This document shows, in pieces, positions 44,936-58,400 of a DNA stretch of 64,000 bases (position 1 is its first letter; every line of letters starts with the position of its first letter). Where the stretch lies: assembly GCA_964019425.1 (NCBI GenBank), contig OZ025805.1:868001-932000 (forward strand), given 5' to 3'. The translations under genes were made by a program, and so were the position numbers. Below the pieces are notes generated by a model, which worked only from the letters and a program-made list of their open reading frames with translations, searched no databases and was not told the DNA's origin. The DNA comes from Flectonema sp. DT1601. Taxonomy: Eukaryota.

Positions 44936-47900
44936 ATGATATATTCAATCGCTGTTATCCTCACATTGGCTCTTTCTCAAAGGCCGTGTGATTCGTACGG
45001 GAATCTGAGAAGCTGCAGAAGAGCAGTGTGTCCTGATCTTTCTACTCAACAATGTACTTGGATTAGAACTACGAGGGAGTGTAAATGTGTGAAACCTTCT
45101 TGTGATGACTTCTCGACTCCAACTACTTGTCAAACATCTAATTGCCCAGACCAGGATGATCGTCAATGCATCTGGATTAATAACGGATGTACTTGCAACA
45201 AGGATCCAAGAACCTGTTCTGACATCTCAACTCAAGCTGTTTGTCAAAGCTCTAATTGCCCAGACCAGGATGATCGTCAATGCATCTGGATTAATAACGG
45301 ATGTACTTGCAACAAGGATCCAAGAACCTGTTCCGACATCTCAACTCAAGCTGTTTGTCAAAGCTCTAATTGCCCAGACCAGGATGATCGTCAATGCATC
45401 TGGATTAACAACGGATGTACTTGCAACAAGGATCCAAGAACTTGTTCCGACATCTCAACTCAAGCTGTTTGTCAAAGCTCTAATTGCCCAGACCAGGATG
45501 ATCGTCAATGCATCTGGATTAATAATGGATGTACTTGCAACAAGGATCCAAGAACCTGTTCTGACATCTCAACTCAAGCTACTTGTCAAAGCTCTAATTG
45601 CCCAGACCAGGATGATCGTCAATGCATCTGGATTAACAACGGATGTACTTGCAACAAGGATCCAAGAACTTGTTCCGACATCTCAACTCAAGCTGCTTGT
45701 CAAAGCTCTAATTGCCCAGACCAGGATGATCGTCAATGCATATGGATTAATAACGGATGTACTTGCAACAAGGATCCAAGAACCTGTTCTGACATCTCAA
45801 CTCAAGCTACTTGTCAAAGCTCTAATTGCCCAGACCAGGATGATCGTCAATGCATCTGGATTAACAACGGATGTACTTGCAACAAGGATCCAAGAACCTG
45901 TTCTGACATCTCAACTCAAGCTGTTTGTCAAAGCTCTAATTGCCCAGACCAGGATGATCGTCAATGCATCTGGATTAATAACGGATGTACTTGCAACAAG
46001 GATCCAAGAACCTGTTCCGACATCTCAACTCAAGCTGCTTGTCAAAGCTCTAATTGCCCAGACCAGGATGATCGTCAATGCATCTGGATTAATAACGGAT
46101 GTACTTGCAACAAGGATCCAAGAACCTGTTCTGACATCTCAACTCAAGCTGCTTGTCAAAGCTCTAATTGCCCAGACCAGGATGATCGTCAATGCATCTG
46201 GATTAATAACGGATGTACTTGCAACAAGGATCCAAGAACCTGTTCTGACATCTCAACTCAAGCTGCTTGTCAAAGCTCTAATTGCCCAGACCAGGATGAT
46301 CGTCAATGCATCTGGATTAACAACGGATGTACTTGCAACAAGGATCCAAGAACCTGTTCTGACATCTCAACTCAAGCTGCTTGTCAAAGCTCTAATTGCC
46401 CAGACCAGGATGATCGTCAATGCATCTGGATTAATAACGGATGTACTTGCAACAAGGATCCAAGAACCTGTTCTGACATCTCAACTCAAGCTGTTTGTCA
46501 AAGCTCTAATTGCCCAGACCAGGATGATCGTCAATGCATCTGGATTAATAACGGATGTACTTGCAACAAGGATCCAAGAACCTGTTCCGACATCTCAACT
46601 CAAGCTGTTTGTCAAAGCTCTAATTGCCCAGATCAGGATGATCGTCAATGCATCTGGATTAATAACGGATGTACTTGCAACAAGGATCCAAGAACCTGTT
46701 CCGACATCTCAACTCAAGCTGTTTGTCAAAGCTCTAATTGCCCAGACCAGGATGATCGTCAATGCATCTGGATTAATAACGGATGTACTTGCAACAAGGA
46801 TCCAAGAACCTGTTCTGACATCTCAACTCAAGCTGCTTGTCAAAGCTCTAATTGCCCAGACCAGGATGATCGTCAATGCATCTGGATTAATAACGGATGT
46901 ACTTGCAACAAGGATCCGAGAACCTGTTCCGACATCTCAACTCAAGCTGTTTGTCAAAGCTCTAATTGCCCAGACCAGGATGATCGTCAATGCATCTGGA
47001 TTAATAACGGATGTACTTGCAACAAGGATCCAAGAACCTGTTCCGACATCTCAACTCAAGCTGCTTGTCAAAGCTCTAATTGCCCAGACCAGGATGATCG
47101 TCAATGCATCTGGATTAATAACGGATGTACTTGCAACAAGGATCCAAGAACCTGTTCTGACATCTCAACTCAAGCTGTTTGTCAAAGCTCTAATTGCCCA
47201 GACCAGGATGATCGTCAATGCATCTGGATTAATAACGGATGTACTTGCAACAAGGATCCAAGAACCTGTTCCGACATCTCAACTCAAGCTGTTTGTCAAA
47301 GCTCTAATTGCCCAGACCAGGATGATCGTCAATGCATCTGGATTAATAACGGATGTACTTGCAACAAGGATCCGAGAACCTGTTCCGACATCTCAACTCA
47401 AGCTGTTTGTCAAAGCTCTAATTGCCCAGACCAGGATGATCGTCAATGCATCTGGATTAATAACGGATGTACTTGCAACAAGGATCCAAGAACCTGTTCC
47501 GACATCTCAACTCAAGCTGTTTGTCAAAGCTCTAATTGCCCAGACCAGGATGATCGTCAATGCATCTGGATTAATAACGGATGTACTTGCAACAAGGATC
47601 CAAGAACCTGTTCTGACATCTCAACTCAAGCTGTTTGTCAAAGCTCTAATTGCCCAGACCAGGATGATCGTCAATGCATCTGGATTAATAACGGATGTAC
47701 TTGCAACAAGGATCCGAGAACCTGTTCCGACATCTCAACTCAAGCTGTTTGTCAAAGCTCTAATTGCCCAGACCAGGATGATCGTCAATGCATCTGGATT
47801 AATAACGGATGTACTTGCAACAAGGATCCAAGAACTTGTTCCGACATCTCAACTCAAGCTGTTTGTCAAAGCTCTAATTGCCCAGACCAGGATGATCGTC

Positions 47901-48628
47901 AATGCATCTGGATTAATAACGGATGTACTTGCAACAAGGATCCAAGAACCTGTTCTGACATCTCAACTCAAGCTGCTTGTCAAAGCTCTAATTGCCCAGA
48001 CCAGGATGATCGTCAATGCATCTGGATTAATAACGGATGTACTTGCAACAAGGATCCAAGAACTTGTTCCGACATCTCAACTCAAGCTGTTTGTCAAAGC
48101 TCTAATTGCCCAGACCAGGATGATCGTCAATGTATCTGGATTAATAACGGATGTACTTGCAACAAGGATCCGAGAACCTGTTCCGACATCTCAACTCAAG
48201 CTGTTTGTCAAAGCTCTAATTGCCCAGACCAGGATGATCGTCAATGTATCTGGATTAATAACGGATGTACTTGCAACAAGGATCCAAGAACCTGTTCTGA
48301 CATCTCAACTCAAGCTGTTTGTCAAAGCTCTAATTGCCCAGACCAGGATGATCGTCAATGCATCTGGATTAATAACGGATGTACTTGCAACAAGGATCCA
48401 AGAACCTGTTCTGACATCTCAACTCAAGCTGTTTGTCAAAGCTCTAATTGCCCAGACCAGGATGATCGTCAATGCATCTGGATTAATAACGGATGTACTT
48501 GCAACAAGGATCCAAGAACCTGTTCCGACATCTCAACTCAAGCTGTTTGTCAGAGCTCTAATTGCCCAGACCAGGATGATCGTCGGTGTGTCTGGAGTGA
48601 AGTTGGGTGTACTTGCCGATTGATTTAG
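44936..48628 (+). CDS. Family B copy 9 (1230 aa, 32 modules)
   Basis: Same leader and terminal modules; open frame. Confidence 0.88.
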   Translation: MIYSIAVILTLALSQRPCDSYGNLRSCRRAVCPDLSTQQCTWIRTTRECKCVKPSCDDFSTPTTCQTSNCPDQDDRQCIWINNGCTCNKDPRTCSDISTQAVCQSSNCPDQDDRQCIWINNGCTCNKDPRTCSDISTQAVCQSSNCPDQDDRQCIWINNGCTCNKDPRTCSDISTQAVCQSSNCPDQDDRQCIWINNGCTCNKDPRTCSDISTQATCQSSNCPDQDDRQCIWINNGCTCNKDPRTCSDISTQAACQSSNCPDQDDRQCIWINNGCTCNKDPRTCSDISTQATCQSSNCPDQDDRQCIWINNGCTCNKDPRTCSDISTQAVCQSSNCPDQDDRQCIWINNGCTCNKDPRTCSDISTQAACQSSNCPDQDDRQCIWINNGCTCNKDPRTCSDISTQAACQSSNCPDQDDRQCIWINNGCTCNKDPRTCSDISTQAACQSSNCPDQDDRQCIWINNGCTCNKDPRTCSDISTQAACQSSNCPDQDDRQCIWINNGCTCNKDPRTCSDISTQAVCQSSNCPDQDDRQCIWINNGCTCNKDPRTCSDISTQAVCQSSNCPDQDDRQCIWINNGCTCNKDPRTCSDISTQAVCQSSNCPDQDDRQCIWINNGCTCNKDPRTCSDISTQAACQSSNCPDQDDRQCIWINNGCTCNKDPRTCSDISTQAVCQSSNCPDQDDRQCIWINNGCTCNKDPRTCSDISTQAACQSSNCPDQDDRQCIWINNGCTCNKDPRTCSDISTQAVCQSSNCPDQDDRQCIWINNGCTCNKDPRTCSDISTQAVCQSSNCPDQDDRQCIWINNGCTCNKDPRTCSDISTQAVCQSSNCPDQDDRQCIWINNGCTCNKDPRTCSDISTQAVCQSSNCPDQDDRQCIWINNGCTCNKDPRTCSDISTQAVCQSSNCPDQDDRQCIWINNGCTCNKDPRTCSDISTQAVCQSSNCPDQDDRQCIWINNGCTCNKDPRTCSDISTQAVCQSSNCPDQDDRQCIWINNGCTCNKDPRTCSDISTQAACQSSNCPDQDDRQCIWINNGCTCNKDPRTCSDISTQAVCQSSNCPDQDDRQCIWINNGCTCNKDPRTCSDISTQAVCQSSNCPDQDDRQCIWINNGCTCNKDPRTCSDISTQAVCQSSNCPDQDDRQCIWINNGCTCNKDPRTCSDISTQAVCQSSNCPDQDDRQCIWINNGCTCNKDPRTCSDISTQAVCQSSNCPDQDDRRCVWSEVGCTCRLI

Positions 48629-49513
48629 TCAGCGGTATATTGTTCGTCGTTTTAGCAAATTATGATTTAAAAAGAATACTCTTGAAGATTGTAAAGTAGA
48701 TGAAGATGTTTCTCTTTGTATACTTCAATGAGTGTTTCAGGTAGTTATGCGAAGCTGTTCATGCTATATTTCTGTTGTCTTTATTTTCAAGATATTTTTA
48801 TTCGCTCAAATGATTTAAGTAGTGATGAATGCACTCTGTAAGGCTTGTGTTCATGGCTCTTCATTTTACTCTCTCACAGCGGTGTCTTATTGTATTACAT
48901 TTAGACTCATGTTTTTACTTACAATTTAGGAATAGTACCTTTTTCCTTCCCTCTCTGATTTTTTTTGTCGGTAGCTAACAATAGCTTTTTTTAGGGGAGT
49001 GAAATACTGCAGTGAGCATTGTAATTGTTTGAGTATCGGTAGCAATGGAGTGAAGTTAATTCATCCGAAGCTACTGAGTTACCTGCTTATACTTCTCATG
49101 TTATACTGCAATGTTGGATACATTCTGACGCATTTTTTCCTCGAGATTGTCGTTGAACGCTGCTGTCTTTTTTCTCTTTTCCTCTCTCTGTTTAGACTGT
49201 TATATGTCTATGAAAGAATTGTTTTAGGTGGAGGAAATTTTGTCGCTGTGTCTCTCTTGTAGCCAAGCTTGCTACGTTGATTTTGTTAATTTTGAAACTA
49301 AGATTAACGAAATCTCGATTCCAATATGAGCAGTGAAAGGTTTAGTTATTTAATCATTGTAATTCATTATAACTTAAGTATCATACAAAATATGTTCCGT
49401 GGTTTCTGTCCAAATGAACGATCAAATTAGAGGGTGTCGTTGAACACTGATATTTCTTACTTCGTGATTCTCGCTACTTAATATTACTCTTAATAGTTTA
49501 TCTAACATCAAAT

Positions 49514-51610
49514 ATGATGTATTCAATCGCTGTTATCCTCACATTGGCTCTTTCTCAAAGGCCGTGTGATTCGTACGGGAATCTGAGAAGCTGCAGAAGA
49601 GCAGTGTGTCCTGATCTTTCTACTCAACAATGTACTTGGATTAGAACTACGAGGGAGTGTAAATGTGTGAAACCTTCTTGTGATGACTTCTCGACTCCAA
49701 CTACTTGTCAAACATCTAATTGCCCAGACCAGGATGATCGTCAATGCATCTGGATTAATAACGGATGTACTTGCAACAAGGATCCAAGAACCTGTTCTGA
49801 CATCTCAACTCAAGCTGTTTGTCAAAGCTCTAATTGCCCAGACCAGGATGATCGTCAATGCATCTGGATTAACAACGGATGTACTTGCAACAAGGATCCA
49901 AGAACCTGTTCTGACATCTCAACTCAAGCTGTTTGTCAGAGCTCTAATTGCCCAGACCAGGATGATCGTCAATGCATCTGGATTAATAACGGATGTACTT
50001 GCAACAAGGATCCAAGAACCTGTTCTGACATCTCAACTCAAGCTGTTTGTCAAAGCTCTAATTGCCCAGACCAGGATGATCGTCAATGCATCTGGATTAA
50101 CAACGGATGTACTTGCAACAAGGATCCAAGAACCTGTTCTGACATCTCAACTCAAGCTGCTTGTCAAAGCTCTAATTGCCCAGACCAGGATGATCGTCAA
50201 TGCATCTGGATTAACAACGGATGTACTTGCAACAAGGATCCAAGAACCTGTTCTGACATCTCAACTCAAGCTGTTTGTCAAAGCTCTAATTGCCCAGACC
50301 AGGATGATCGTCAATGCATCTGGATTAATAACGGATGTACTTGCAACAAGGATCCAAGAACCTGTTCTGACATCTCAACTCAAGCTGTTTGTCAAAGCTC
50401 TAATTGCCCAGACCAGGATGATCGTCAATGCATCTGGATTAACAACGGATGTACTTGCAACAAGGATCCAAGAACCTGTTCTGACATCTCAACTCAAGCT
50501 GTTTGTCAAAGCTCTAATTGCCCAGACCAGGATGATCGTCAATGCATCTGGATTAATAACGGATGTACTTGCAACAAGGATCCAAGAACCTGTTCTGACA
50601 TCTCAACTCAAGCTGTTTGTCAAAGCTCTAATTGCCCAGACCAGGATGATCGTCAATGCATCTGGATTAATAACGGATGTACTTGCAACAAGGATCCAAG
50701 AACCTGTTCTGACATCTCAACTCAAGCTGTTTGTCAAAGCTCTAATTGCCCAGACCAGGATGATCGTCAATGCATCTGGATTAACAACGGATGTACTTGC
50801 AACAAGGATCCAAGAACCTGTTCTGACATCTCAACTCAAGCTGTTTGTCAAAGCTCTAATTGCCCAGACCAGGATGATCGTCAATGCATCTGGATTAATA
50901 ACGGATGTACTTGCAACAAGGATCCAAGAACCTGTTCTGACATCTCAACTCAAGCTGTTTGTCAAAGCTCTAATTGCCCAGACCAGGATGATCGTCAATG
51001 CATCTGGATTAATAACGGATGTACTTGCAACAAGGATCCAAGAACCTGTTCTGACATCTCAACTCAAGCTGTTTGTCAAAGCTCTAATTGCCCAGACCAG
51101 GATGATCGTCAATGCATCTGGATTAATAACGGATGTACTTGCAACAAGGATCCAAGAACCTGTTCTGACATCTCAACTCAAGCTGTTTGTCAGAGCTCTA
51201 ATTGCCCAGACCAGGATGATCGTCAATGCATCTGGATTAATAACGGATGTACTTGCAACAAGGATCCAAGAACCTGTTCTGACATCTCAACTCAAGCTGT
51301 TTGTCAAAGCTCTAATTGCCCAGACCAGGATGATCGTCAATGCATCTGGATTAATAACGGATGTACTTGCAACAAGGATCCAAGAAGCTGTTCTGACATC
51401 TCAACTCAAGCTGTTTGTCAAAGCTCTAATTGCCCAGACCAGGAAGATCGTCAATGCATCTGGATTAATAACGGATGTACTTGCAACAAGGATCCAAGAA
51501 CCTGTTCTGACATCTCAACTCAAGCTGTTTGTCAAAGCTCTAATTGCCCAGACCAGGATGATCGTCGGTGTGTCTGGAGTGAAGTTGGGTGTACTTGCCG
51601 ATTGATTTAG
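49514..51610 (+). CDS. Family B copy 10 (698 aa, 18 modules)
   Basis: Leader MMYSIAV...; open frame. Confidence 0.88.
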   Translation: MMYSIAVILTLALSQRPCDSYGNLRSCRRAVCPDLSTQQCTWIRTTRECKCVKPSCDDFSTPTTCQTSNCPDQDDRQCIWINNGCTCNKDPRTCSDISTQAVCQSSNCPDQDDRQCIWINNGCTCNKDPRTCSDISTQAVCQSSNCPDQDDRQCIWINNGCTCNKDPRTCSDISTQAVCQSSNCPDQDDRQCIWINNGCTCNKDPRTCSDISTQAACQSSNCPDQDDRQCIWINNGCTCNKDPRTCSDISTQAVCQSSNCPDQDDRQCIWINNGCTCNKDPRTCSDISTQAVCQSSNCPDQDDRQCIWINNGCTCNKDPRTCSDISTQAVCQSSNCPDQDDRQCIWINNGCTCNKDPRTCSDISTQAVCQSSNCPDQDDRQCIWINNGCTCNKDPRTCSDISTQAVCQSSNCPDQDDRQCIWINNGCTCNKDPRTCSDISTQAVCQSSNCPDQDDRQCIWINNGCTCNKDPRTCSDISTQAVCQSSNCPDQDDRQCIWINNGCTCNKDPRTCSDISTQAVCQSSNCPDQDDRQCIWINNGCTCNKDPRTCSDISTQAVCQSSNCPDQDDRQCIWINNGCTCNKDPRTCSDISTQAVCQSSNCPDQDDRQCIWINNGCTCNKDPRSCSDISTQAVCQSSNCPDQEDRQCIWINNGCTCNKDPRTCSDISTQAVCQSSNCPDQDDRRCVWSEVGCTCRLI

Positions 51611-52495
51611 TCAGCGGTATATTCTTCGTCGTTTTAACAAATTATGATTTAAAAAGAATACTCTTGAAGATTGTAAAGTAGATGAAGATGTTTCTCTTTG
51701 TATACTTCAATGAGTGTTTCAGGTAGTTATGCGAAGCTGTTCATGCTATATTTCTGTTGTCTTTATTTTCAAGATATTTTTATTCGCTCAAATGATTTAA
51801 GTAGTGATGAATGCACTCTGTAAGGCTTGTGTTCATGGCTCTTCATTTTACTCTCTCACAGCGGTGTCTTATTGTATTACAGTTAGACTCATGTTTTTAC
51901 TTACAATTTAGGAATAGTACCTTTTTCCTTCCCTCTCTGATTTTTTTTGTCGGTAGCTAACAATAGCTTTTTTTAGGGGAGTGAAATACTGCAGTGAGCA
52001 TTGTAATTGTTTGAGTATCGGTAGCAATGGAGTGAAGTTAATTCATCCGAAGCTACTGAGTTACCTGCTTATACTTCTCATGTTATACTGCAATGTTGGA
52101 TACATTCTGACGCATTTTTTCCTCGAGATTGTCGTTGAACGCTGCTGTCTTTTTTCTCTTTTCGTCTCTCTGTTTAGACTGTTATATGTCTATGAAAGAA
52201 TTGTTTTAGGTGGAGGAAATTTTGTCGCTGTGTCTCTCTTGTAGCCAAGCTTGCTACGTTGATTTTGTTAATTTTGAAACTAAGATTAACGAAATCTCGA
52301 TTCCAATATGAGCAGTGAAAGGTTTAGTTATTTAATCATTGTAATTCATTATAACTTAAGTATCATACAAAATATGTTCCGTGGTTTCTGTCCAAATCAA
52401 CGATCAAATTAGAGGGTGTCGTTGAACACTGATATTTCTTACTTCGTGATTCTCGCTACTTAATATTACTCTTAATAGTTTATCTAACATCAAAT

Positions 52496-55400
52496 ATGAT
52501 ATATTCAATCGCTGTTATCCTCACATTGGCTCTTTCTCAAAGGCCGTGTGATTCGTACGGGAATCTGAGAAGCTGCAGAAGAGCAGTGTGTCCTGATCTT
52601 TCTACTCAACAATGTACTTGGATTAGAACTACGAGGGAGTGTAAATGTGTGAAACCTTCTTGTGATGACTTCTCGACTCCAACTACTTGTCACACATCTA
52701 ATTGCCCAGACCAGGATGATCGTCAATGCATCTGGATTAATAACGGATGTACTTGCAACACTGATCCAAGAACCTGTTCGGAAATTTCAACTCGTGCATC
52801 TTGTCAGACATCTCATTGCCCAGACCAGGATGATCGTCAATGCATCTGGATTAATAACGGATGTACTTGCAACACTGATCCAAGAACCTGTTCGGAAATT
52901 TCAACTCGTGCATCTTGTCAGACATCTCATTGCCCAGACCAGGATGATCGTCAATGCATCTGGATTAATAACGGATGTACTTGCAACACTGATCCGAGAA
53001 CCTGTTCAGAAATTTCAACTCAAGCTTTTTGTCAAAGCTCTAATTGCCCAGACCAAGATGATCGTCAATGCATCTGGATTAATAACGGATGTACTTGCAA
53101 CACTGATCCAAGAACCTGTTCGGAAATTTCAACTCGTGCATCTTGTCAGACATCTCATTGCCCAGACCAGGATGATCGTCAATGCATCTGGATTAATAAC
53201 GGATGTACTTGCAACACTGATCCAAGAACCTGTTCGGAAATTTCAACTCGTGCATCTTGTCAGACATCACATTGCCCAGACCAGGATGATCGTCAATGCA
53301 TCTGGATTAATAACGGATGTACTTGCAACACTGATCCGAGAACCTGTTCAGAAATTTCAACTCAAGCTTTTTGTCAAAGCTCTAATTGCCCAGACCAAGA
53401 TGATCGTCAATGCATCTGGATTAATAACGGATGTACTTGCAACACTGATCCAAGAACCTGTTCGGAAATTTCAACTCGTGCATCTTGTCAGACATCTCAT
53501 TGCCCAGACCAGGATGATCGTCAATGTATCTGGATTAATAACGGATGTACTTGCAACAAGGATCCAAGAACCTGTTCCGACATCTCAACTCAAGCTGTTT
53601 GTCAAAGCTCTAATTGCCCAGACCAGGATGATCGTCAATGCATCTGGATTAATAACGGATGTACTTGCAACAAGGATCCAAGAACTTGTTCCGACATCTC
53701 AACTCAAGCTGTTTGTCAAAGCTCTAATTGCCCAGACCAGGATGATCGTCAATGCATCTGGATTAACAACGGATGTACTTGCAACAAGGATCCAAGAACC
53801 TGTTCTGACATCTCAACTCAAGCTGTTTGTCAAAGCTCTAATTGCCCAGACCAGGATGATCGTCAATGTATCTGGATTAATAACGGATGTACTTGCAACA
53901 AGGATCCAAGAACCTGTTCTGACATCTCAACTCAAGCTGTTTGTCAAAGCTCTAATTGCCCAGACCAGGATGATCGTCAATGTATCTGGATTAACAACGG
54001 ATGTACTTGCAACAAGGATCCAAGAACCTGTTCTGACATCTCAACTCAAGCTGTTTGTCAAAGCTCTAATTGCCCAGACCAGGATGATCGTCAATGCATC
54101 TGGATTAACAACGGATGTACTTGCAACAAGGATCCAAGAACCTGTTCTGACATCTCAACTCAAGCTGTTTGTCAAAGCTCTAATTGCCCAGACCAGGATG
54201 ATCGTCAATGTATCTGGATTAACAACGGATGTACTTGCAACAAGGATCCAAGAACCTGTTCTGACATCTCAACTCAAGCTGTTTGTCAAAGCTCTAATTG
54301 CCCAGACCAGGATGATCGTCAATGCATCTGGATTAATAACGGATGTACTTGCAACAAGGATCCAAGAACCTGTTCTGACATCTCAACTCAAGCTGTTTGT
54401 CAAAGCTCTAATTGCCCAGACCAGGATGATCGTCAATGCATCTGGATTAACAACGGATGTACTTGCAACAAGGATCCAAGAACCTGTTCTGACATCTCAA
54501 CTCAAGCTGCTTGTCAAAGCTCTAATTGCCCAGACCAGGATGATCGTCAATGCATCTGGATTAATAACGGATGTACTTGCAACAAGGATCCAAGAACCTG
54601 TTCTGACATCTCAACTCAAGCTGTTTGTCAAAGCTCTAATTGCCCAGACCAGGATGATCGTCAATGCATCTGGATTAATAACGGATGTACTTGCAACAAG
54701 GATCCAAGAACCTGTTCTGACATCTCAACTCAAGCTGTTTGTCAAAGCTCTAATTGCCCAGACCAGGATGATCGTCAATGCATCTGGATTAACAACGGAT
54801 GTACTTGCAACAAGGATCCAAGAACCTGTTCTGACATCTCAACTCAAGCTGCTTGTCAAAGCTCTAATTGCCCAGACCAGGATGATCGTCAATGTATCTG
54901 GATTAATAACGGATGTACTTGCAACAAGGATCCAAGAACCTGTTCCGACATCTCAACTCAAGCTGTTTGTCAAAGCTCTAATTGCCCAGACCAGGATGAT
55001 CGTCAATGCATCTGGATTAATAACGGATGTACTTGCAACAAGGATCCAAGAACCTGTTCTGACATCTCAACTCAAGCTGTTTGTCAAAGCTCTAATTGCC
55101 CAGACCAGGATGATCGTCAATGCATCTGGATTAATAACGGATGTACTTGCAACAAGGATCCAAGAACCTGTTCTGACATCTCAACTCAAGCTGCTTGTCA
55201 AAGCTCTAATTGCCCAGACCAGGATGATCGTCAATGCATCTGGATTAATAACGGATGTACTTGCAACAAGGATCCAAGAACCTGTTCTGACATCTCAACT
55301 CAAGCTGCTTGTCAAAGCTCTAATTGCCCAGACCAGGATGATCGTCAATGCATCTGGATTAACAACGGATGTACTTGCAACAAGGATCCAAGAACCTGTT

Positions 55401-58400
55401 CCGACATCTCAACTCAAGCTGTTTGTCAAAGCTCTAATTGCCCAGACCAGGATGATCGTCAATGCATCTGGATTAATAACGGATGTACTTGCAACAAGGA
55501 TCCAAGAACCTGTTCCGACATCTCAACTCAAGCTGTTTGTCAAAGCTCTAATTGCCCAGACCAGGATGATCGTCAATGCATCTGGATTAATAACGGATGT
55601 ACTTGCAACAAGGATCCAAGAAACTGTTCTGACATCTCAACTCAAGCTGTTTGTCAAAGCTCTAATTGCCCAGACCAGGATGATCGTCAATGCATCTGGA
55701 TTAACAACGGATGTACTTGCAACAAGGATCCAAGAACCTGTTCTGACATCTCAACTCAAGCTGCTTGTCAAAGCTCTAATTGCCCAGACCAGGATGATCG
55801 TCAATGCATCTGGATTAATAACGGATGTACTTGCAACAAGGATCCAAGAACTTGTTCCGACATCTCAACTCAAGCTGTTTGTCAAAGCTCTAATTGCCCA
55901 GACCAGGATGATCGTCAATGCATCTGGATTAACAACGGATGTACTTGCAACAAGGATCCAAGAACCTGTTCTGACATCTCAACTCAAGCTGTTTGTCAAA
56001 GCTCTAATTGCCCAGACCAGGATGATCGTCAATGCATCTGGATTAATAACGGATGTACTTGCAACAAGGATCCAAGAACTTGTTCTGACATCTCAACTCA
56101 AGCTGTTTGTCAAAGCTCTAATTGCCCAGACCAGGATGATCGTCAATGCATCTGGATTAATAACGGATGTACTTGCAACAAGGATCCAAGAACCTGTTCT
56201 GACATCTCAACTCAAGCTGTTTGTCAAAGCTCTAATTGCCCAGACCAGGATGATCGTCAATGCATCTGGATTAACAACGGATGTACTTGCAACAAAGATC
56301 CAAGAACCTGTTCTGACATCTCAACTCAAGCTGTTTGTCAAAGCTCTAATTGCCCAGACCAGGATGATCGTCAATGCATCTGGATTAATAACGGATGTAC
56401 TTGCAACAAGGATCCAAGAACTTGTTCTGACATCTCAACTCAAGCTGTTTGTCAAAGCTCTAATTGCCCAGACCAGGATGATCGTCAATGCATCTGGATT
56501 AATAACGGATGTACTTGCAACAAGGATCCAAGAACTTGTTCCGACATCTCAACTCAAGCTGTTTGTCAAAGCTCTAATTGCCCGGACCAGGATGATCGTC
56601 AATGCATCTGGATTAATAACGGATGTACTTGCAACAAGGATCCAAGAACTTGTTCCGACATCTCAACTCAAGCTGTTTGTCAAAGCTCTAATTGCCCAGA
56701 CCAGGATGATCGTCAATGCATCTGGATTAACAACGGATGTACTTGCAACAAGGATCCAAGAACCTGTTCTGACATCTCAACTCAAGCTGCTTGTCAAAGC
56801 TCTAATTGCCCAGACCAGGATGATCGTCAATGCATCTGGATTAATAACGGATGTACTTGCAACAAGGATCCAAGAACCTGTTCTGACATCTCAACTCAAG
56901 CTGCTTGTCAAAGCTCTAATTGCCCAGACCAGGATGATCGTCAATGCATCTGGATTAACAACGGATGTACTTGCAACAAGGATCCAAGAACCTGTTCCGA
57001 CATCTCAACTCAAGCTGTTTGTCAAAGCTCTAATTGCCCAGACCAGGATGATCGTCAATGCATCTGGATTAATAACGGATGTACTTGCAACAAGGATCCA
57101 AGAACCTGTTCCGACATCTCAACTCAAGCTGTTTGTCAAAGCTCTAATTGCCCAGACCAGGATGATCGTCAATGCATCTGGATTAATAACGGATGTACTT
57201 GCAACAAGGATCCAAGAAACTGTTCTGACATCTCAACTCAAGCTGTTTGTCAAAGCTCTAATTGCCCAGACCAGGATGATCGTCAATGCATCTGGATTAA
57301 CAACGGATGTACTTGCAACAAGGATCCAAGAACCTGTTCTGACATCTCAACTCAAGCTGCTTGTCAAAGCTCTAATTGCCCAGACCAGGATGATCGTCAA
57401 TGCATCTGGATTAATAACGGATGTACTTGCAACAAGGATCCAAGAACTTGTTCCGACATCTCAACTCAAGCTGTTTGTCAAAGCTCTAATTGCCCAGACC
57501 AGGATGATCGTCAATGCATCTGGATTAACAACGGATGTACTTGCAACAAGGATCCAAGAACCTGTTCTGACATCTCAACTCAAGCTGTTTGTCAAAGCTC
57601 TAATTGCCCAGACCAGGATGATCGTCAATGCATCTGGATTAATAACGGATGTACTTGCAACAAGGATCCAAGAACTTGTTCTGACATCTCAACTCAAGCT
57701 GTTTGTCAAAGCTCTAATTGCCCAGACCAGGATGATCGTCAATGCATCTGGATTAATAACGGATGTACTTGCAACAAGGATCCAAGAACCTGTTCTGACA
57801 TCTCAACTCAAGCTGTTTGTCAAAGCTCTAATTGCCCAGACCAGGATGATCGTCAATGCATCTGGATTAACAACGGATGTACTTGCAACAAAGATCCAAG
57901 AACCTGTTCTGACATCTCAACTCAAGCTGTTTGTCAAAGCTCTAATTGCCCAGACCAGGATGATCGTCAATGCATCTGGATTAATAACGGATGTACTTGC
58001 AACAAGGATCCAAGAACTTGTTCTGACATCTCAACTCAAGCTGTTTGTCAAAGCTCTAATTGCCCAGACCAGGATGATCGTCAATGCATCTGGATTAATA
58101 ACGGATGTACTTGCAACAAGGATCCAAGAACTTGTTCCGACATCTCAACTCAAGCTGTTTGTCAAAGCTCTAATTGCCCGGACCAGGATGATCGTCAATG
58201 CATCTGGATTAATAACGGATGTACTTGCAACAAGGATCCAAGAACTTGTTCCGACATCTCAACTCAAGCTGTTTGTCAAAGCTCTAATTGCCCAGACCAG
58301 GATGATCGTCAATGCATCTGGATTAACAACGGATGTACTTGCAACAAGGATCCAAGAACCTGTTCTGACATCTCAACTCAAGCTGCTTGTCAAAGCTCTA